This document shows positions 9,041 through 19,151 of a DNA stretch of 64,000 nt, piece by piece. The translations under genes were made by a program, and so were the position numbers. Every line of letters begins with the position of its first letter. Position 1 is the stretch's first letter. The stretch is taken from the IMG/VR virus record IMGVR_UViG_3300034356_001231, positions 1 to 64,000 of that record; one strand, given 5' to 3'. Under the pieces are notes generated by a model. That model ran no database searches and was not told the origin of the DNA. It saw only the letters and a program-made list of their open reading frames with translations. The DNA is from a virus.

Positions 9041-10456
9041 ATGAAAAGTTTAGAACACATCATCAGAGAGATTCGTGAAGGCAAAGCTGCCAAAGGCGAC
9101 AAGAAAAACCTTGAACATTCTATTCGTAAGGTTGTCTCAAAAGAATACGAATCTTCATATGGCGCCAAAGATAGCAAACCAGTAGAAGAAGATGTTGGTG
9201 GATTGATTGGTAGCGGAACTGGTGGTGAACCCAAACTTCATGCCGAAGATGGTAAGAAAAAGAAAACCGACGAAGCCATTGGAATTCTTGGCACTGATGA
9301 CTATAAAGGCAATCAGTTTAAATCAGTAAGAACGCAGACTCCTCATATTAAACCACCAGCTGGTGCTGGAGGTCATTCTCAGGCTCCAGAAAACGTTTCT
9401 CGTCAGCGTACTCTTGCTAAAGAAAAGAGTAGCATGACTATGCATAATAAAGTTACTGAAGATTCTTTAGAAGAAGCTAAAAGATCTTCAACTTCTGCTC
9501 CTTCAAAGGCAGAAATAGAAAAATTAAACAAAATGACTACTGATTATGCAGAACCCAAAAAAGACATTAAACTTGGGCCTGTTGGTGAACCGCCCGAAGT
9601 TAAACCATCAACTGCTGTCACAACCACTACCACTAAAGCTCCGAAAATAACTCCTCCAGAAGGAACAATTTCGAAAGTTGGTAGATATGCCAGCGAACTA
9701 GGAAAAATTGTTGGTGGTAGAGCTGCATCAACATTAGGTCTTGTTCTTGATCCGGATTTTGGTGGATTGCTGCCAAGTAAGGGCGAAACCAAAAGCGAAT
9801 TTGAAAGACAAAAAGAACAATCCGCTAAAACAAAAACACCAACAAAACCTGTTGAATTACCACCAATTGATATAAAGGCAAAACCACAGGAACCTAAACC
9901 TGTTCCTGCGCCTGTTCCTGCGCCTGCAGATAAGCCAAAAGAAAAATCATTGCCACTACCAGTTCCTACACCACCACCATCAGCAGCACCAACTCCTCCT
10001 GAACCAAAGGGCGAAAAAGAAAAGCCAAAAGTAGCTGGTATACCTACGATTGGCGTTCCACATGATATTGATTATACTGTTTCGCATTTACATAGACCAA
10101 ATATAAGTCGCGGTCATGCTAAAGCGCACAAAAAACATGCTATGAAAGAAGAAACTGAACGTAAACAAATTGAAAATATGCCACGTAAAGGCGATCGTAA
10201 GACAATTGAATACGTTGGTAGAAAGAGCGCTGATCCTAAAACCTCTAAAGAAAAAACTTCTAGATTGGCAACTATCAAAAATGTAATCGACGAAGCCAAA
10301 AAAGCTATGGCCGATAAAAAAATTAGAGCTGAAGATGGCAAAACAAAAGTTTATGATTATGGTGATAATGTTTTAGTTATTAATCCAGATCAAAAAAGAA
10401 TCAACTTAGATGTCGATAATGGCGATAAAATTGCAAAAGATTACGACAATAAATAA
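9041..10456 (+). CDS. Low-complexity Lys/Pro-rich late protein
   Basis: ATG at 9041 right after the dps stop; Pro-rich linkers. Confidence 0.55.
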   Translation: MKSLEHIIREIREGKAAKGDKKNLEHSIRKVVSKEYESSYGAKDSKPVEEDVGGLIGSGTGGEPKLHAEDGKKKKTDEAIGILGTDDYKGNQFKSVRTQTPHIKPPAGAGGHSQAPENVSRQRTLAKEKSSMTMHNKVTEDSLEEAKRSSTSAPSKAEIEKLNKMTTDYAEPKKDIKLGPVGEPPEVKPSTAVTTTTTKAPKITPPEGTISKVGRYASELGKIVGGRAASTLGLVLDPDFGGLLPSKGETKSEFERQKEQSAKTKTPTKPVELPPIDIKAKPQEPKPVPAPVPAPADKPKEKSLPLPVPTPPPSAAPTPPEPKGEKEKPKVAGIPTIGVPHDIDYTVSHLHRPNISRGHAKAHKKHAMKEETERKQIENMPRKGDRKTIEYVGRKSADPKTSKEKTSRLATIKNVIDEAKKAMADKKIRAEDGKTKVYDYGDNVLVINPDQKRINLDVDNGDKIAKDYDNK

Positions 10457-10482
10457 TTAGAAATTTATTAAGAGGAAATTAA

Positions 10483-12804
10483 ATGTCTGACAATCCAAAA
10501 ACAATTCAGGAAGCTCTTGCTGAAGTTCAACGTAATATGAATGAGGCATATTCTCCTCCTTTTGAGAAAGATCCTTCTGGAGGATTCAGAAAGAAACCAA
10601 AACTTGACACTAGTAAGCCTGGTGGTAAGATTCCTGACGTTAAACTTGCACCCGAAGCTCCCACAACGCCTCCAAAATCAACGCCAAAACCAGCTGCGCC
10701 AAAAGAACCATTTTTTACTCCAGGCAAAGGTGTAAAAAGTATTGCAAAAAATATAATTGCTCCTGTTGCAATTGGTGGAGCATTGGGAGCAGCTGCATCG
10801 CAAGGCGTAAAACAATTAGCGACTGGAACTCAGGCTGGCAGAGAATTTGGAAAAAATCTAGGAAAAATACCATCTATTAAGTCTGCAGCCCAAGCAATGG
10901 TTCGTGGCAGAGAAAAAGTTGCTGATACTCTTGGCGATGTTCCTGTCGTTGGACAATCATTGAAGGCTGGTTATCAGAGTTTGTATAAAGATTCTAAATT
11001 TAACACTACTGCAGCAACACCAGCAGATACAACTCCGAAAACTACTCCTGCAGATAAAACACCAACAAAATTGCCCGATATTGATGTTAAAGCTGCTCCT
11101 AAACCTTCATCAAAGCCAATGTCATTTTCACAGGCATTCAAGTCTGCTAGAGAAAAGGCTACCACCGCCGGAAGCCCATCAACAGGCCAGTTTGAGTTTA
11201 AGGGTAAAAAGTATCAGACAAATGTTGCTGGTGAGAAATACGTTCCGGCAGCGCAGCAGACTAGTGTAGAGCCTAAAGTAGAAACGGTTCCATTACCTCC
11301 TAAAAGGCCAACAGATTTAACACCAAAAACAGAAACTGAATCAGGAAAGAAGAAAAAAATGTCAGAAGATACAAACCCACTAATTTCAGCATTCTTAGAT
11401 CTACAGTCTAAGAACCCATCAAACATGTTCGAAGCCGCTAAAAAGGCTAAGAAGGATTATGATAAAGACGGTAAAGTAGAATCACCAAAGGATGAAGTTT
11501 GGGGTTCGCGTTTCCGTGCAGCTAAAGCAGCTGGTAAGATGGAAGAAGGTATGATCGATCCCAAGGATCCTTCAGTTCAAGGTTCAGGCGATGTTACATC
11601 AACACCTGCTAAGAAAACTTCTATGCCAAAGCCAACTGCTCCTAAGACAGATTCTTCTGTTCAGGGTTCAGGCGATGTCACTATGAATGGCAAGCCAGCA
11701 AGAGTTAAGGAAGAAGTTGAAGAAGTAACATTCTCTCAGGCAGAAATTGACCACATTAACTCTTTTTTTCTTGAAGCCTCTGTAGCACCAAATAGACCTG
11801 AAGTCGCTACCGGGGCAGATTCTACTTCAGACAAGATGTCACAGAACGATGTTACTGCGACAGCTGAAAGTGGTGGTAAGAAAATAAGAAAAGAAGAAAC
11901 ACAGATTGATGAAGTTTCTAAGGAACTAGCGGCTAGATATAGAAAGAAGGCACACGCCTCATATACATATGCTGCTGGTAAGAGAGAAGATGACCGCTTT
12001 CATGAAAAGGGCGGCAAAGATATGAAGGATGTTTTTGGTAAACCTAAGTTCAAGGATAGACCAGAATCAGAAAAAGCAAAAGACGAAAAGACCATTGGAA
12101 AAAGACTAAAAGGTCTAACCATGGCACATAAGCGTCTAAAAGAAGAACAGATTGATGAGGTTTCTAAAGAGCTTCTTAAGCGATATACAAACAAGGTAGC
12201 AAAGGGTGGGCTCAATAAAGCATATGAAAAGGATACTAAGATCGCAGATCCTGCAAAACGTCATTCGCTACCTAACTACAATAAGCGACTTGAGTATGGC
12301 TTCAAAGCTACCGCAAAGATCGCTAAAGAAGAAACACAGATTGATGAACATAAGTCAATGGATGGTGATTCATTAAAGGTTGGCGACTCAGTTGGTTTCA
12401 AAGATGGTCATGAGCAGTATGGAAAAATACATTCTATTTCTGATCAGGGTCATGCTAAAGTTAAAGTTTGGGACAGTGAAGCTGGCGAGCATTATCATGT
12501 AACTAAGCATGTCAGCAGACTTTGGAAAGAAGCTAATGAAGAAGTTGCAATCCAGGAAGGTCGTCCAAGAAAGAACCCAACACCTGAAACAACCGAACGT
12601 GATCCACGTAAGCATATTCAGGTAGAGGCAGGACGTGCCGCCGCTGGTAATGTTGTTGACTTCCATCACAATGATGGGTCAAAGTCAAAAATTACACCAG
12701 CAATGGGTAGAAAAATTACTTCTCATCTTCAGAGCCTAAAACCAGCTGATCGTCAGGCTGCTGTTAATAAAATGCACGATAGCGCAGAAGGATTAAAGGT
12801 CTAA
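10483..12804 (+). CDS. Modular late protein, probable capsid-internal polyprotein
   Basis: Three E(T)QIDE linkers, DYDKDGKVES module, module shared with ORF 6832. Confidence 0.6.
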   Translation: MSDNPKTIQEALAEVQRNMNEAYSPPFEKDPSGGFRKKPKLDTSKPGGKIPDVKLAPEAPTTPPKSTPKPAAPKEPFFTPGKGVKSIAKNIIAPVAIGGALGAAASQGVKQLATGTQAGREFGKNLGKIPSIKSAAQAMVRGREKVADTLGDVPVVGQSLKAGYQSLYKDSKFNTTAATPADTTPKTTPADKTPTKLPDIDVKAAPKPSSKPMSFSQAFKSAREKATTAGSPSTGQFEFKGKKYQTNVAGEKYVPAAQQTSVEPKVETVPLPPKRPTDLTPKTETESGKKKKMSEDTNPLISAFLDLQSKNPSNMFEAAKKAKKDYDKDGKVESPKDEVWGSRFRAAKAAGKMEEGMIDPKDPSVQGSGDVTSTPAKKTSMPKPTAPKTDSSVQGSGDVTMNGKPARVKEEVEEVTFSQAEIDHINSFFLEASVAPNRPEVATGADSTSDKMSQNDVTATAESGGKKIRKEETQIDEVSKELAARYRKKAHASYTYAAGKREDDRFHEKGGKDMKDVFGKPKFKDRPESEKAKDEKTIGKRLKGLTMAHKRLKEEQIDEVSKELLKRYTNKVAKGGLNKAYEKDTKIADPAKRHSLPNYNKRLEYGFKATAKIAKEETQIDEHKSMDGDSLKVGDSVGFKDGHEQYGKIHSISDQGHAKVKVWDSEAGEHYHVTKHVSRLWKEANEEVAIQEGRPRKNPTPETTERDPRKHIQVEAGRAAAGNVVDFHHNDGSKSKITPAMGRKITSHLQSLKPADRQAAVNKMHDSAEGLKV

Positions 12805-13001
12805 TGCCGCTTATTGCCAATAAAATAATTGTTGGTGGTAAAGAAATCAACACAGAGGAGTCAAAAGCTCCTCTGGATATTGTACAAACAATTGAATCAG
12901 AAAAACCAAAATATAAAATTATAAAAGATGGCGATTTGGTTAGACATCACAATACTAAATCAGAATATCTTAACGATATGACTGATTTTAAAAAATTATA
13001 A
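12804..13001 (+). CDS. Hypothetical protein
   Basis: Start overlaps upstream stop (TAATG). Confidence 0.5.
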   Translation: MPLIANKIIVGGKEINTEESKAPLDIVQTIESEKPKYKIIKDGDLVRHHNTKSEYLNDMTDFKKL

Positions 13002-13004
13002 ATA
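12997..13004 (+). promoter_or_regulatory. T4-type late promoter
   Basis: TATAAATA followed by strong AGGAGG RBS. Confidence 0.8.
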
Positions 13005-13031
13005 TAAGAAAATTCTTTAGGAGGATTACAA

Positions 13032-13655
13032 ATGCCATTATGGGGTAAATCAGACGCTGCTTCTAATTCAACAATTTATGCTGCAGCGCAATTAAAAGTA
13101 GCACCAAACACTGCTAATAGAGATGCGTTGTTTGGTAATACAACTGCTAATGCATATTTCGATGGCGTAACAGTTGGACAGTTTGGTGTTGATGATAACG
13201 AAGTTGCTGCCAATCCAGGAATTTCACACACTGGATGGGTTCTTCGTACAGCTGGATCAGGAGGACGTGCTGGTCGTGTTATGACAGAAGTTCTAGTTGC
13301 TGGTGGTATCGGAACTGATGCTTCTGACGATGTAGTAATGCCTGATTATATAATTCGTGTTACAACTCAGCCAGTCAATACTACAATTAATGCAACCACA
13401 AACGTAAATAACACTGGTGTTATTTTCACTGTTGCTGCAACTCAGCCAACTGGCGGTTCAATAACTTATCTATGGCAAGCTAATACAGGCTCTGGTTTCG
13501 TAAACGCTGCAGCCGGAACAACTGGCAATACAACTGCCAATCTAACTGTATTCGCTAATACATTCTCGACTGGCGCTCAGTTCCGTGCACTACTTCAGGT
13601 AACTGGTGCTGCAAACGTAACAACAAGTGTTGCTACACTAACTGTCAATACATAA
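13032..13655 (+). CDS. Virion structural protein with C-terminal Ig-like domain
   Basis: MPLWG N-terminus; TTQP..TYLWQ..LTV Ig-like pattern. Confidence 0.65.
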   Translation: MPLWGKSDAASNSTIYAAAQLKVAPNTANRDALFGNTTANAYFDGVTVGQFGVDDNEVAANPGISHTGWVLRTAGSGGRAGRVMTEVLVAGGIGTDASDDVVMPDYIIRVTTQPVNTTINATTNVNNTGVIFTVAATQPTGGSITYLWQANTGSGFVNAAAGTTGNTTANLTVFANTFSTGAQFRALLQVTGAANVTTSVATLTVNT

Positions 13656-13665
13656 TAGGTGATAA

Positions 13666-13938
13666 ATGGCAGATAACAGCAAAAAGGTATCTGAACTACC
13701 GACAGCTGCAAATGTTGCTCCAACCGACAGGGTCTTAGTCCTCCGAGACCCTGCTGGCACACCATCTGTTCGCACGGTAAATGTTAACATTTTTGCTGCT
13801 AATCTACAGTTATCTAATAGCGTACCAGCAAATTCTTCAGCAAATGGAAATGCTGGTACAATCCGTTACGATTCTTCTTATATCTATGTGTGCGTTGCTA
13901 ATAACACATGGAAAAGAGCAGCAATTAGCACCTGGTAA
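13666..13938 (+). CDS. Small virion/fibre-associated protein
   Basis: KKVSELP N-terminus; GTIRYDSSYIYVCVANNTWKR C-terminal module common in phage structural proteins. Confidence 0.6.
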   Translation: MADNSKKVSELPTAANVAPTDRVLVLRDPAGTPSVRTVNVNIFAANLQLSNSVPANSSANGNAGTIRYDSSYIYVCVANNTWKRAAISTW

Positions 13939-14327
13939 TGAATGAAAAATTGACTGATAAAAACTTTTTGTTATATTGCGCCTCTCACTATGATAATGTG
14001 AAATATGCTTCTACTGAAGATTTTGTTGAAGATCTTAATAGACTGAAGTATATTAAAAAATTAATCACTAGATATATTGAATATGGTGAATTAAAAGAAC
14101 GATTGATTCTGAATCATATCATTGTTCTTAATAATTGTTTTGGGCCTGAGGTTTTGTGTAGAATCTTATATCTCAAAATGAAACCTCAGATGAAATATGT
14201 GAAACCATTTCTAATATTATTAGAGATATTACCTGAAAAACTTTATAATATAAATGATGAAATAATAATTGATACTGATTTAATTGAAATGGATGAAAAA
14301 ATAGTCGCAAAGTTAAGGAAAGTTTAA
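13938..14327 (+). CDS. Conserved T4-like phage hypothetical protein
   Basis: NFLLY..HYDN, EDL.R.KYIKKL, LKERLILNH. Confidence 0.7.
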   Translation: MNEKLTDKNFLLYCASHYDNVKYASTEDFVEDLNRLKYIKKLITRYIEYGELKERLILNHIIVLNNCFGPEVLCRILYLKMKPQMKYVKPFLILLEILPEKLYNINDEIIIDTDLIEMDEKIVAKLRKV

Positions 14328-14893
14328 TGCAATCCGTTATAAAACTATTAAACGATTTTGTTAAATTTGCGGCCAAAGAAATAGGGTTATCAACTTTACC
14401 TAAAATTCATTTTGTTGGTAAATCGCAAAATTCAAAAGCAGCCTTTGGGCATTCTAAAGGTAACGAAATATACGTTCGTATAACAGAACGTCATCCTGGT
14501 GATATTATGCGAACAATTGCTCATGAGCTTATTCATGTTAAACAAACACACATGGGCAAAAAAGGCGAACAATATAGAGAAGACGAAGCCAACGCTATAG
14601 CAGGAAGAATAATGAGAAAATTTAACACAACCTACCCTAGCGTGTTCAATCATAAACCAACTCCATCAAACATTGCCGAAACAGAATCACTTATGCCAGC
14701 AAATGTCATGGGTTCGGGTGGGCCTGGTGCAGGTATACAAACATATAGTCCATTGATCGATATGGACAGAGGTAATAAAAAATTTAATCCTATGTCAGCT
14801 TTACACAAAAAGAAAAAGCTAAGAGACATTGTTGGTCTTAAAGCTGCTTTCAAAAGAGAACGTAGAGCAGAAACAAGGAAAGACCAAAACTAA
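14327..14893 (+). CDS. Zincin-like metallopeptidase
   Basis: RTIAHELIH (HEXXH) plus downstream EDEANA. Confidence 0.7.
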   Translation: MQSVIKLLNDFVKFAAKEIGLSTLPKIHFVGKSQNSKAAFGHSKGNEIYVRITERHPGDIMRTIAHELIHVKQTHMGKKGEQYREDEANAIAGRIMRKFNTTYPSVFNHKPTPSNIAETESLMPANVMGSGGPGAGIQTYSPLIDMDRGNKKFNPMSALHKKKKLRDIVGLKAAFKRERRAETRKDQN

Positions 14894-15282
14894 TGGACGA
14901 AAAATCTTTTAATAATTTAGAAACAAAACAGTCTAAACTAGAAGATGCAATTTCAAAATTAACAGATATCTCGGCTGATCTTAATAAAATGATCGCAGTT
15001 CATGAACTTCGTTTGACTCATCAAGAGAAAATCACAGATAGTCTAGAAATCATTCTTGAAAAAAGAAGAGACGAATTTGACGAACGAGAAGAAAAAATTT
15101 ATGAAACGATTGAAAGAGAAGACAAAAGAATAAGCGAAAAAATAGATCAATCTTTTGAAAAACTTTCTAAAAAAATAACAGATCTAGAAAAAATGATGTG
15201 GGTATATGGTGGTGGGTTTGCTCTTGCTGCTTTTATTATAGCCAATTGGGGCGATGTAGCGAAACTTCTCCTAAAAAATTAA
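14893..15282 (+). CDS. Coiled-coil protein with C-terminal transmembrane helix
   Basis: Heptad-rich body; WVYGGGFALAAFIIA hydrophobic tail. Confidence 0.55.
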   Translation: MDEKSFNNLETKQSKLEDAISKLTDISADLNKMIAVHELRLTHQEKITDSLEIILEKRRDEFDEREEKIYETIEREDKRISEKIDQSFEKLSKKITDLEKMMWVYGGGFALAAFIIANWGDVAKLLLKN

Positions 15283-15284
15283 CT

Positions 15285-15312
15285 TTGCCTTTTTATAAAA
15301 TACCAGTATAAT
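15285..15312 (+). promoter_or_regulatory. Sigma70-like early promoter, separated from primase by the endonuclease gene
   Basis: TTGCCT..CCAGTATAAT. Confidence 0.5.
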
Positions 15313-15902
15313 CATATGTGAGGTTTCGAAAACGTATTATCTTTACATTTATCTCCATGCCAACGGTAATAGTTACCTTTAGATATAATCTTACCGCAAT
15401 GTTCGCATGTCATTTGAACATGCATGTGGTCAGCAGCATTTTTATTGCCATAATTATGGTTCTTAGAACCTAGTTTAGATGCTCTGATTTTATTGTTTCT
15501 TTCTTCGGTTATAATTGGTTTCTGGCCGGGTTTAAAAGATCCTCTATTAGATCTGAGTTTTGTCATAGGATTATCTCTTTTAAGTCTTTCTGAATTTGTT
15601 TTACGTATGCTTTCTGATGGTATGTATCCTCCTTCAGTAAGATTGTATCCATGTTTTCCAAAAGACTGATATTCTTTTATCATAGATATTTCTTTAGATA
15701 TAGCCATTTGTTTGTCGTTACATTCGAATAACACAGAGAATACAAAGTTCTCCTCTCCGTGTTTTCTTAGAGCTTTATATAATGGTCGTTCTATAGTATT
15801 TTTATTATTGATATGAGACTTCCATCTTCGAAGAAGATTATCAGTTAAACCTACATAGGTTTTGTTGTTAATCGTATTCTTTATGAGGTAAACGTAATAC
15901 AT
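15312..15902 (-). mobile_element. Free-standing GIY-YIG homing endonuclease
   Basis: YVYLIKN..YVG, YNLTEGG, NUMOD3-like KLGSKNHNYG, C-terminal CEHC..HGDKC; antisense insertion before primase. Confidence 0.85.
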
Positions 15903-15953
15903 GAGATGTTGTCCTATATGTGGTGATATACTATATATAGTAATGGAGCGAAA

Positions 15954-16976
15954 ATGAGTTGGTTGGATCAAAAATATATTGGAATTTTGTCTCCGAGACT
16001 AAGAAATTTTAAAAGAAAAAACGCGAATCTTTATAATATGTCGTGCCCTCTTTGTGGAGACTCGGAGTCTAATTCTAAAAAAGCTAGAGGATATATTATA
16101 TCCGATAAAGGAAAATCTAGATATTACTGCCACAATTGTGGAGCAACAATGGGAATTCCGAACTTTATTAAGATGTTAGATGTCAACCTATATAATGAGT
16201 ATCAGTTAGAGAAATTGGCTGATAGAAAAACTCCAGAACAAAATGAGTTCGAGGCTTTCGTCGATAAAATGCGTAAGCCTGTATTTATGACCTCTGGGCC
16301 TTTGAAAGGATTAAAGAAAGTATCTCAGCTTTCGCCCGATAGTCCTATCAAAAAGTTTGTTGTTGAAAGAAAGATTCCTAATGTATATCATGCCAAGCTA
16401 TTCGCATGTCCTAATTTTATGCGCTTTACTAATAATTTGGTTCCCAACAAGTTTTCAGCTGAGTCTTTGGCTCATGATGAGACAAGGTTGCTTATCCCTT
16501 TTCTTGACAGTAATAAAAGTGTTCATGCCTACCAAGGGAGAACCTTGGGGTCTTCAGGACTTAAATATATTACAATTGTTCTTAATCAATCAGTACCTAA
16601 ACTTTATGGGTTGGACACTGTTGATCGTAACAAAATTATACCTGTCGTTGAGGGTCCGATTGACAGTATGTTCGTTCCTAACAGTATTGCTACTGCTGGA
16701 GGTGATCTCGTTAGCGCAGTCCAAACCTTTGATAAATCTAAACTTACCATCGTATACGACAATGAGCCAAGATCTCGAGAGACTGTAAAAAAACTTGACA
16801 AAGCCATACTTAATGGGTATAATGTGGTGATATGGCCCGAATCTATGGAACATAAAGATATTAATGATATGGTTCTAGCAGGACTGTCTCCGGAATTTAT
16901 TGCGCATATTATTAAAACTAACACCTACCGAGATTTGGCAGCAAAGCTGGCACTACAGAAATGGAGTAAAGTATGA
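15954..16976 (+). CDS. 61: DNA primase, T4 gp61-like
   Basis: CPLCGDS..CHNC zinc finger; EGPIDSMF, YDNE, KDIND TOPRIM motifs. Confidence 0.95.
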   Translation: MSWLDQKYIGILSPRLRNFKRKNANLYNMSCPLCGDSESNSKKARGYIISDKGKSRYYCHNCGATMGIPNFIKMLDVNLYNEYQLEKLADRKTPEQNEFEAFVDKMRKPVFMTSGPLKGLKKVSQLSPDSPIKKFVVERKIPNVYHAKLFACPNFMRFTNNLVPNKFSAESLAHDETRLLIPFLDSNKSVHAYQGRTLGSSGLKYITIVLNQSVPKLYGLDTVDRNKIIPVVEGPIDSMFVPNSIATAGGDLVSAVQTFDKSKLTIVYDNEPRSRETVKKLDKAILNGYNVVIWPESMEHKDINDMVLAGLSPEFIAHIIKTNTYRDLAAKLALQKWSKV

Positions 16977-17227
16977 AAGTTCGTAAGAAACCAGTAGAAG
17001 TTGAAGCAATGCGCCTTCTTGATTCTAATGCACCTATTGTTGCAGAATGGTGTGGTGGATTGCTCCTAAAAAGAGATGATAATGCTGAACCTTCTATACA
17101 GATTATGACTCTGGAAGGCGTTATGACTGCACGACTACGAGATTATATTATTAAAGGTGTTCATGGTGAGTTCTACCCATGCGCTCCTGCTATCTTTGAT
17201 AAGACCTATGAGGTTATTGTACCATGA
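16973..17227 (+). CDS. Conserved phage hypothetical protein
   Basis: RKKPVEVEA..TLEG.M.A...DYIIKGV.GEFYPC. Confidence 0.7.
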   Translation: MKVRKKPVEVEAMRLLDSNAPIVAEWCGGLLLKRDDNAEPSIQIMTLEGVMTARLRDYIIKGVHGEFYPCAPAIFDKTYEVIVP

Positions 17228-17675
17228 CAAAATATCTTGTCGATGTAAAAGTTGCTGGATGGAAGACGTATCTTATTGATGTTCCAGAAGGCGAAGACTT
17301 GTATGATAGCATTTATGAACAGTTAGAGTCAGATTTACTCGATCCAATTATTGATGACACTTATGACGAATTGATGGGTGATCCAAAGGAATATAAGAAA
17401 TGACCGATGAAGAAACAAATAAGCTAAAGAAGATTCTTTTTGTCTTAACTCTTATTAAAAATAAAGAATCTGATGAACGCAAGCTTGCATACTCAGAAGC
17501 AATTGAAGAAGCAATTGAAGAAGCAATTGAACATGCAAAAGAACTTTTGGGAATAAAAGTTAAATTGTGAGACAATTAATGAGCGAAGAACAGTTTGTCA
17601 AATGTTATGTTGTTTTTGGCTGTGTATTTCTGATCTTAATAGTGATGGATATGTTTGGATTATGGGGGAACAGTG

Positions 17676-18320
17676 ATGAATGACATTCATCAGCAGCAAT
17701 TGAAGCAAGTAAGAGAAAGCGTATATGAGGAAAATCTGCGGCTTCGTGCCGAACTCGCCGCAGCCAATGAGTTTAAGAAGCATTACACTGATTTGATTTC
17801 AGTCAATGCTGAACTAATGGGAGCACCTAATGACGGATCGATTACAGACTCAGTAGTTCAAATAGAGAAACTTGTAAAGAAACTTCGTGCCGACCTCGAT
17901 GCCGCTAATGAGGAAGTCGAAAAATTACGGGAACGCCTTGGTCCACATGGACTAGTCGTCGTAGACATAGACAAGACGGGGCATTACGTGTCTGAGAAAG
18001 TTGCCGACGAAATCACCCGCCTCCGTACCGACCTTGCCGTAGCCAATGAGCGATGTGAGATGCTGACAAAGGAAGTCGTAGAGTGGCGTAGTCGCCCCGA
18101 TGCTTTGCGGGCTGACAAAGCCGAAGCCGACCTCGATGCCGCCATTTCAGAGCGTAATGGCCATTACGCTACATTGAAGCATGTGGCTAAAGAGCGTGAC
18201 GAAGCCTTGCGTAATCAAGCAGAAACTCAATCTAAACTAGATGCTCTTGAAAAACTGTTTCAGATGACCTGTCAACAGTTTGAAGAAAAGCGCCAGCGTA
18301 TTCTAGAGGTTCTTGACTAA
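17676..18320 (+). CDS. Coiled-coil hypothetical protein with internal repeats
   Basis: Four LR(A/T)(D/E)L.AANE-type repeats; locally higher GC. Confidence 0.55.
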   Translation: MNDIHQQQLKQVRESVYEENLRLRAELAAANEFKKHYTDLISVNAELMGAPNDGSITDSVVQIEKLVKKLRADLDAANEEVEKLRERLGPHGLVVVDIDKTGHYVSEKVADEITRLRTDLAVANERCEMLTKEVVEWRSRPDALRADKAEADLDAAISERNGHYATLKHVAKERDEALRNQAETQSKLDALEKLFQMTCQQFEEKRQRILEVLD

Positions 18321-18668
18321 TGACGAAGCATTGTGTATATTTTTAGTGGAAAGGAGCCTACACATGACCAAGAATAAAGCAGAATCGGAGTATGTTATGA
18401 TAAGGCGAAAGTGTGAAGATTCGGATATGGCAGAGTTAACATTCGCTAAGAATAACGAAAAACTTGACCTGACAGATTATAGGTGTATCCGAATGTTTTC
18501 AGAGACCACAGAGGAATGGGTTCATAAAGATGAATACGAGCATTTCTATGAAGAGTATCGCAAATTCAATGGTCTGATGATGAGGCATGGTGCGATACTA
18601 TCATATATAAGTGAACCGTGTGAAGAAAAGGCTGTCACCACTTTCTTGAGGATGAAGGCGAAAGACTG

Positions 18669-18923
18669 ATGACCTATACGTGGAGTAAGTATCCTGATGC
18701 CAAACCTAACCGATCTGGATACTATTACACATACTATTTCAATAACGAAATGAATGATTGTTTTTACAAAGCGATATACTATAATACTTCCGCAGACGAG
18801 TGGATCGGGTGGAGAAGAGGTATAGAACCTAAAGTTATAGGATATGTAGATAAGACGTATGCGAAGTTCTATGTTCCTTGTTTAGATTTGGTAACGCCAG
18901 ACATAGGGAGTTTCTTGGAATGA
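18669..18923 (+). CDS. Hypothetical protein
   Basis: Translationally coupled ORF in a small-gene run. Confidence 0.5.
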   Translation: MTYTWSKYPDAKPNRSGYYYTYYFNNEMNDCFYKAIYYNTSADEWIGWRRGIEPKVIGYVDKTYAKFYVPCLDLVTPDIGSFLE

Positions 18924-19144
18924 GTGAAGATATTGTGAAGCGACTGCGTGAACCATGCTTTTTCAATGGATACGATCAGCAAACTTCTGAAGAAGCCGCT
19001 GATGAAATCGAGCGTCTTCGTAAGTATGAACAACTAGTCAATTTCATTGCTACGGACTATGTTGAACTCTCGCATGATAAGGTTCAAAATGAATATCTTC
19101 TTATCATAAAGAAGTGCCGAGAGTTGGTTAAGGACCATCCTTAG
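18920..19144 (+). CDS. Small phage protein (DIVKRLR..AADEIERLR type)
   Basis: Motif recurrent in small phage ORFs; GGGAG RBS. Confidence 0.55.
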   Translation: MSEDIVKRLREPCFFNGYDQQTSEEAADEIERLRKYEQLVNFIATDYVELSHDKVQNEYLLIIKKCRELVKDHP

Positions 19145-19151
19145 ATTTATG

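Noticed and set aside
9899-9926. CCTGTTCCTGCG tandem repeat, and the SVQGSGDVT duplication near 11572/11656
   Set aside because: Low-complexity linker repeats within proteins
17496-17531. Three tandem copies of GAAGCAATTGAA
   Set aside because: Simple in-frame coding microsatellite (EAIE); no spacers
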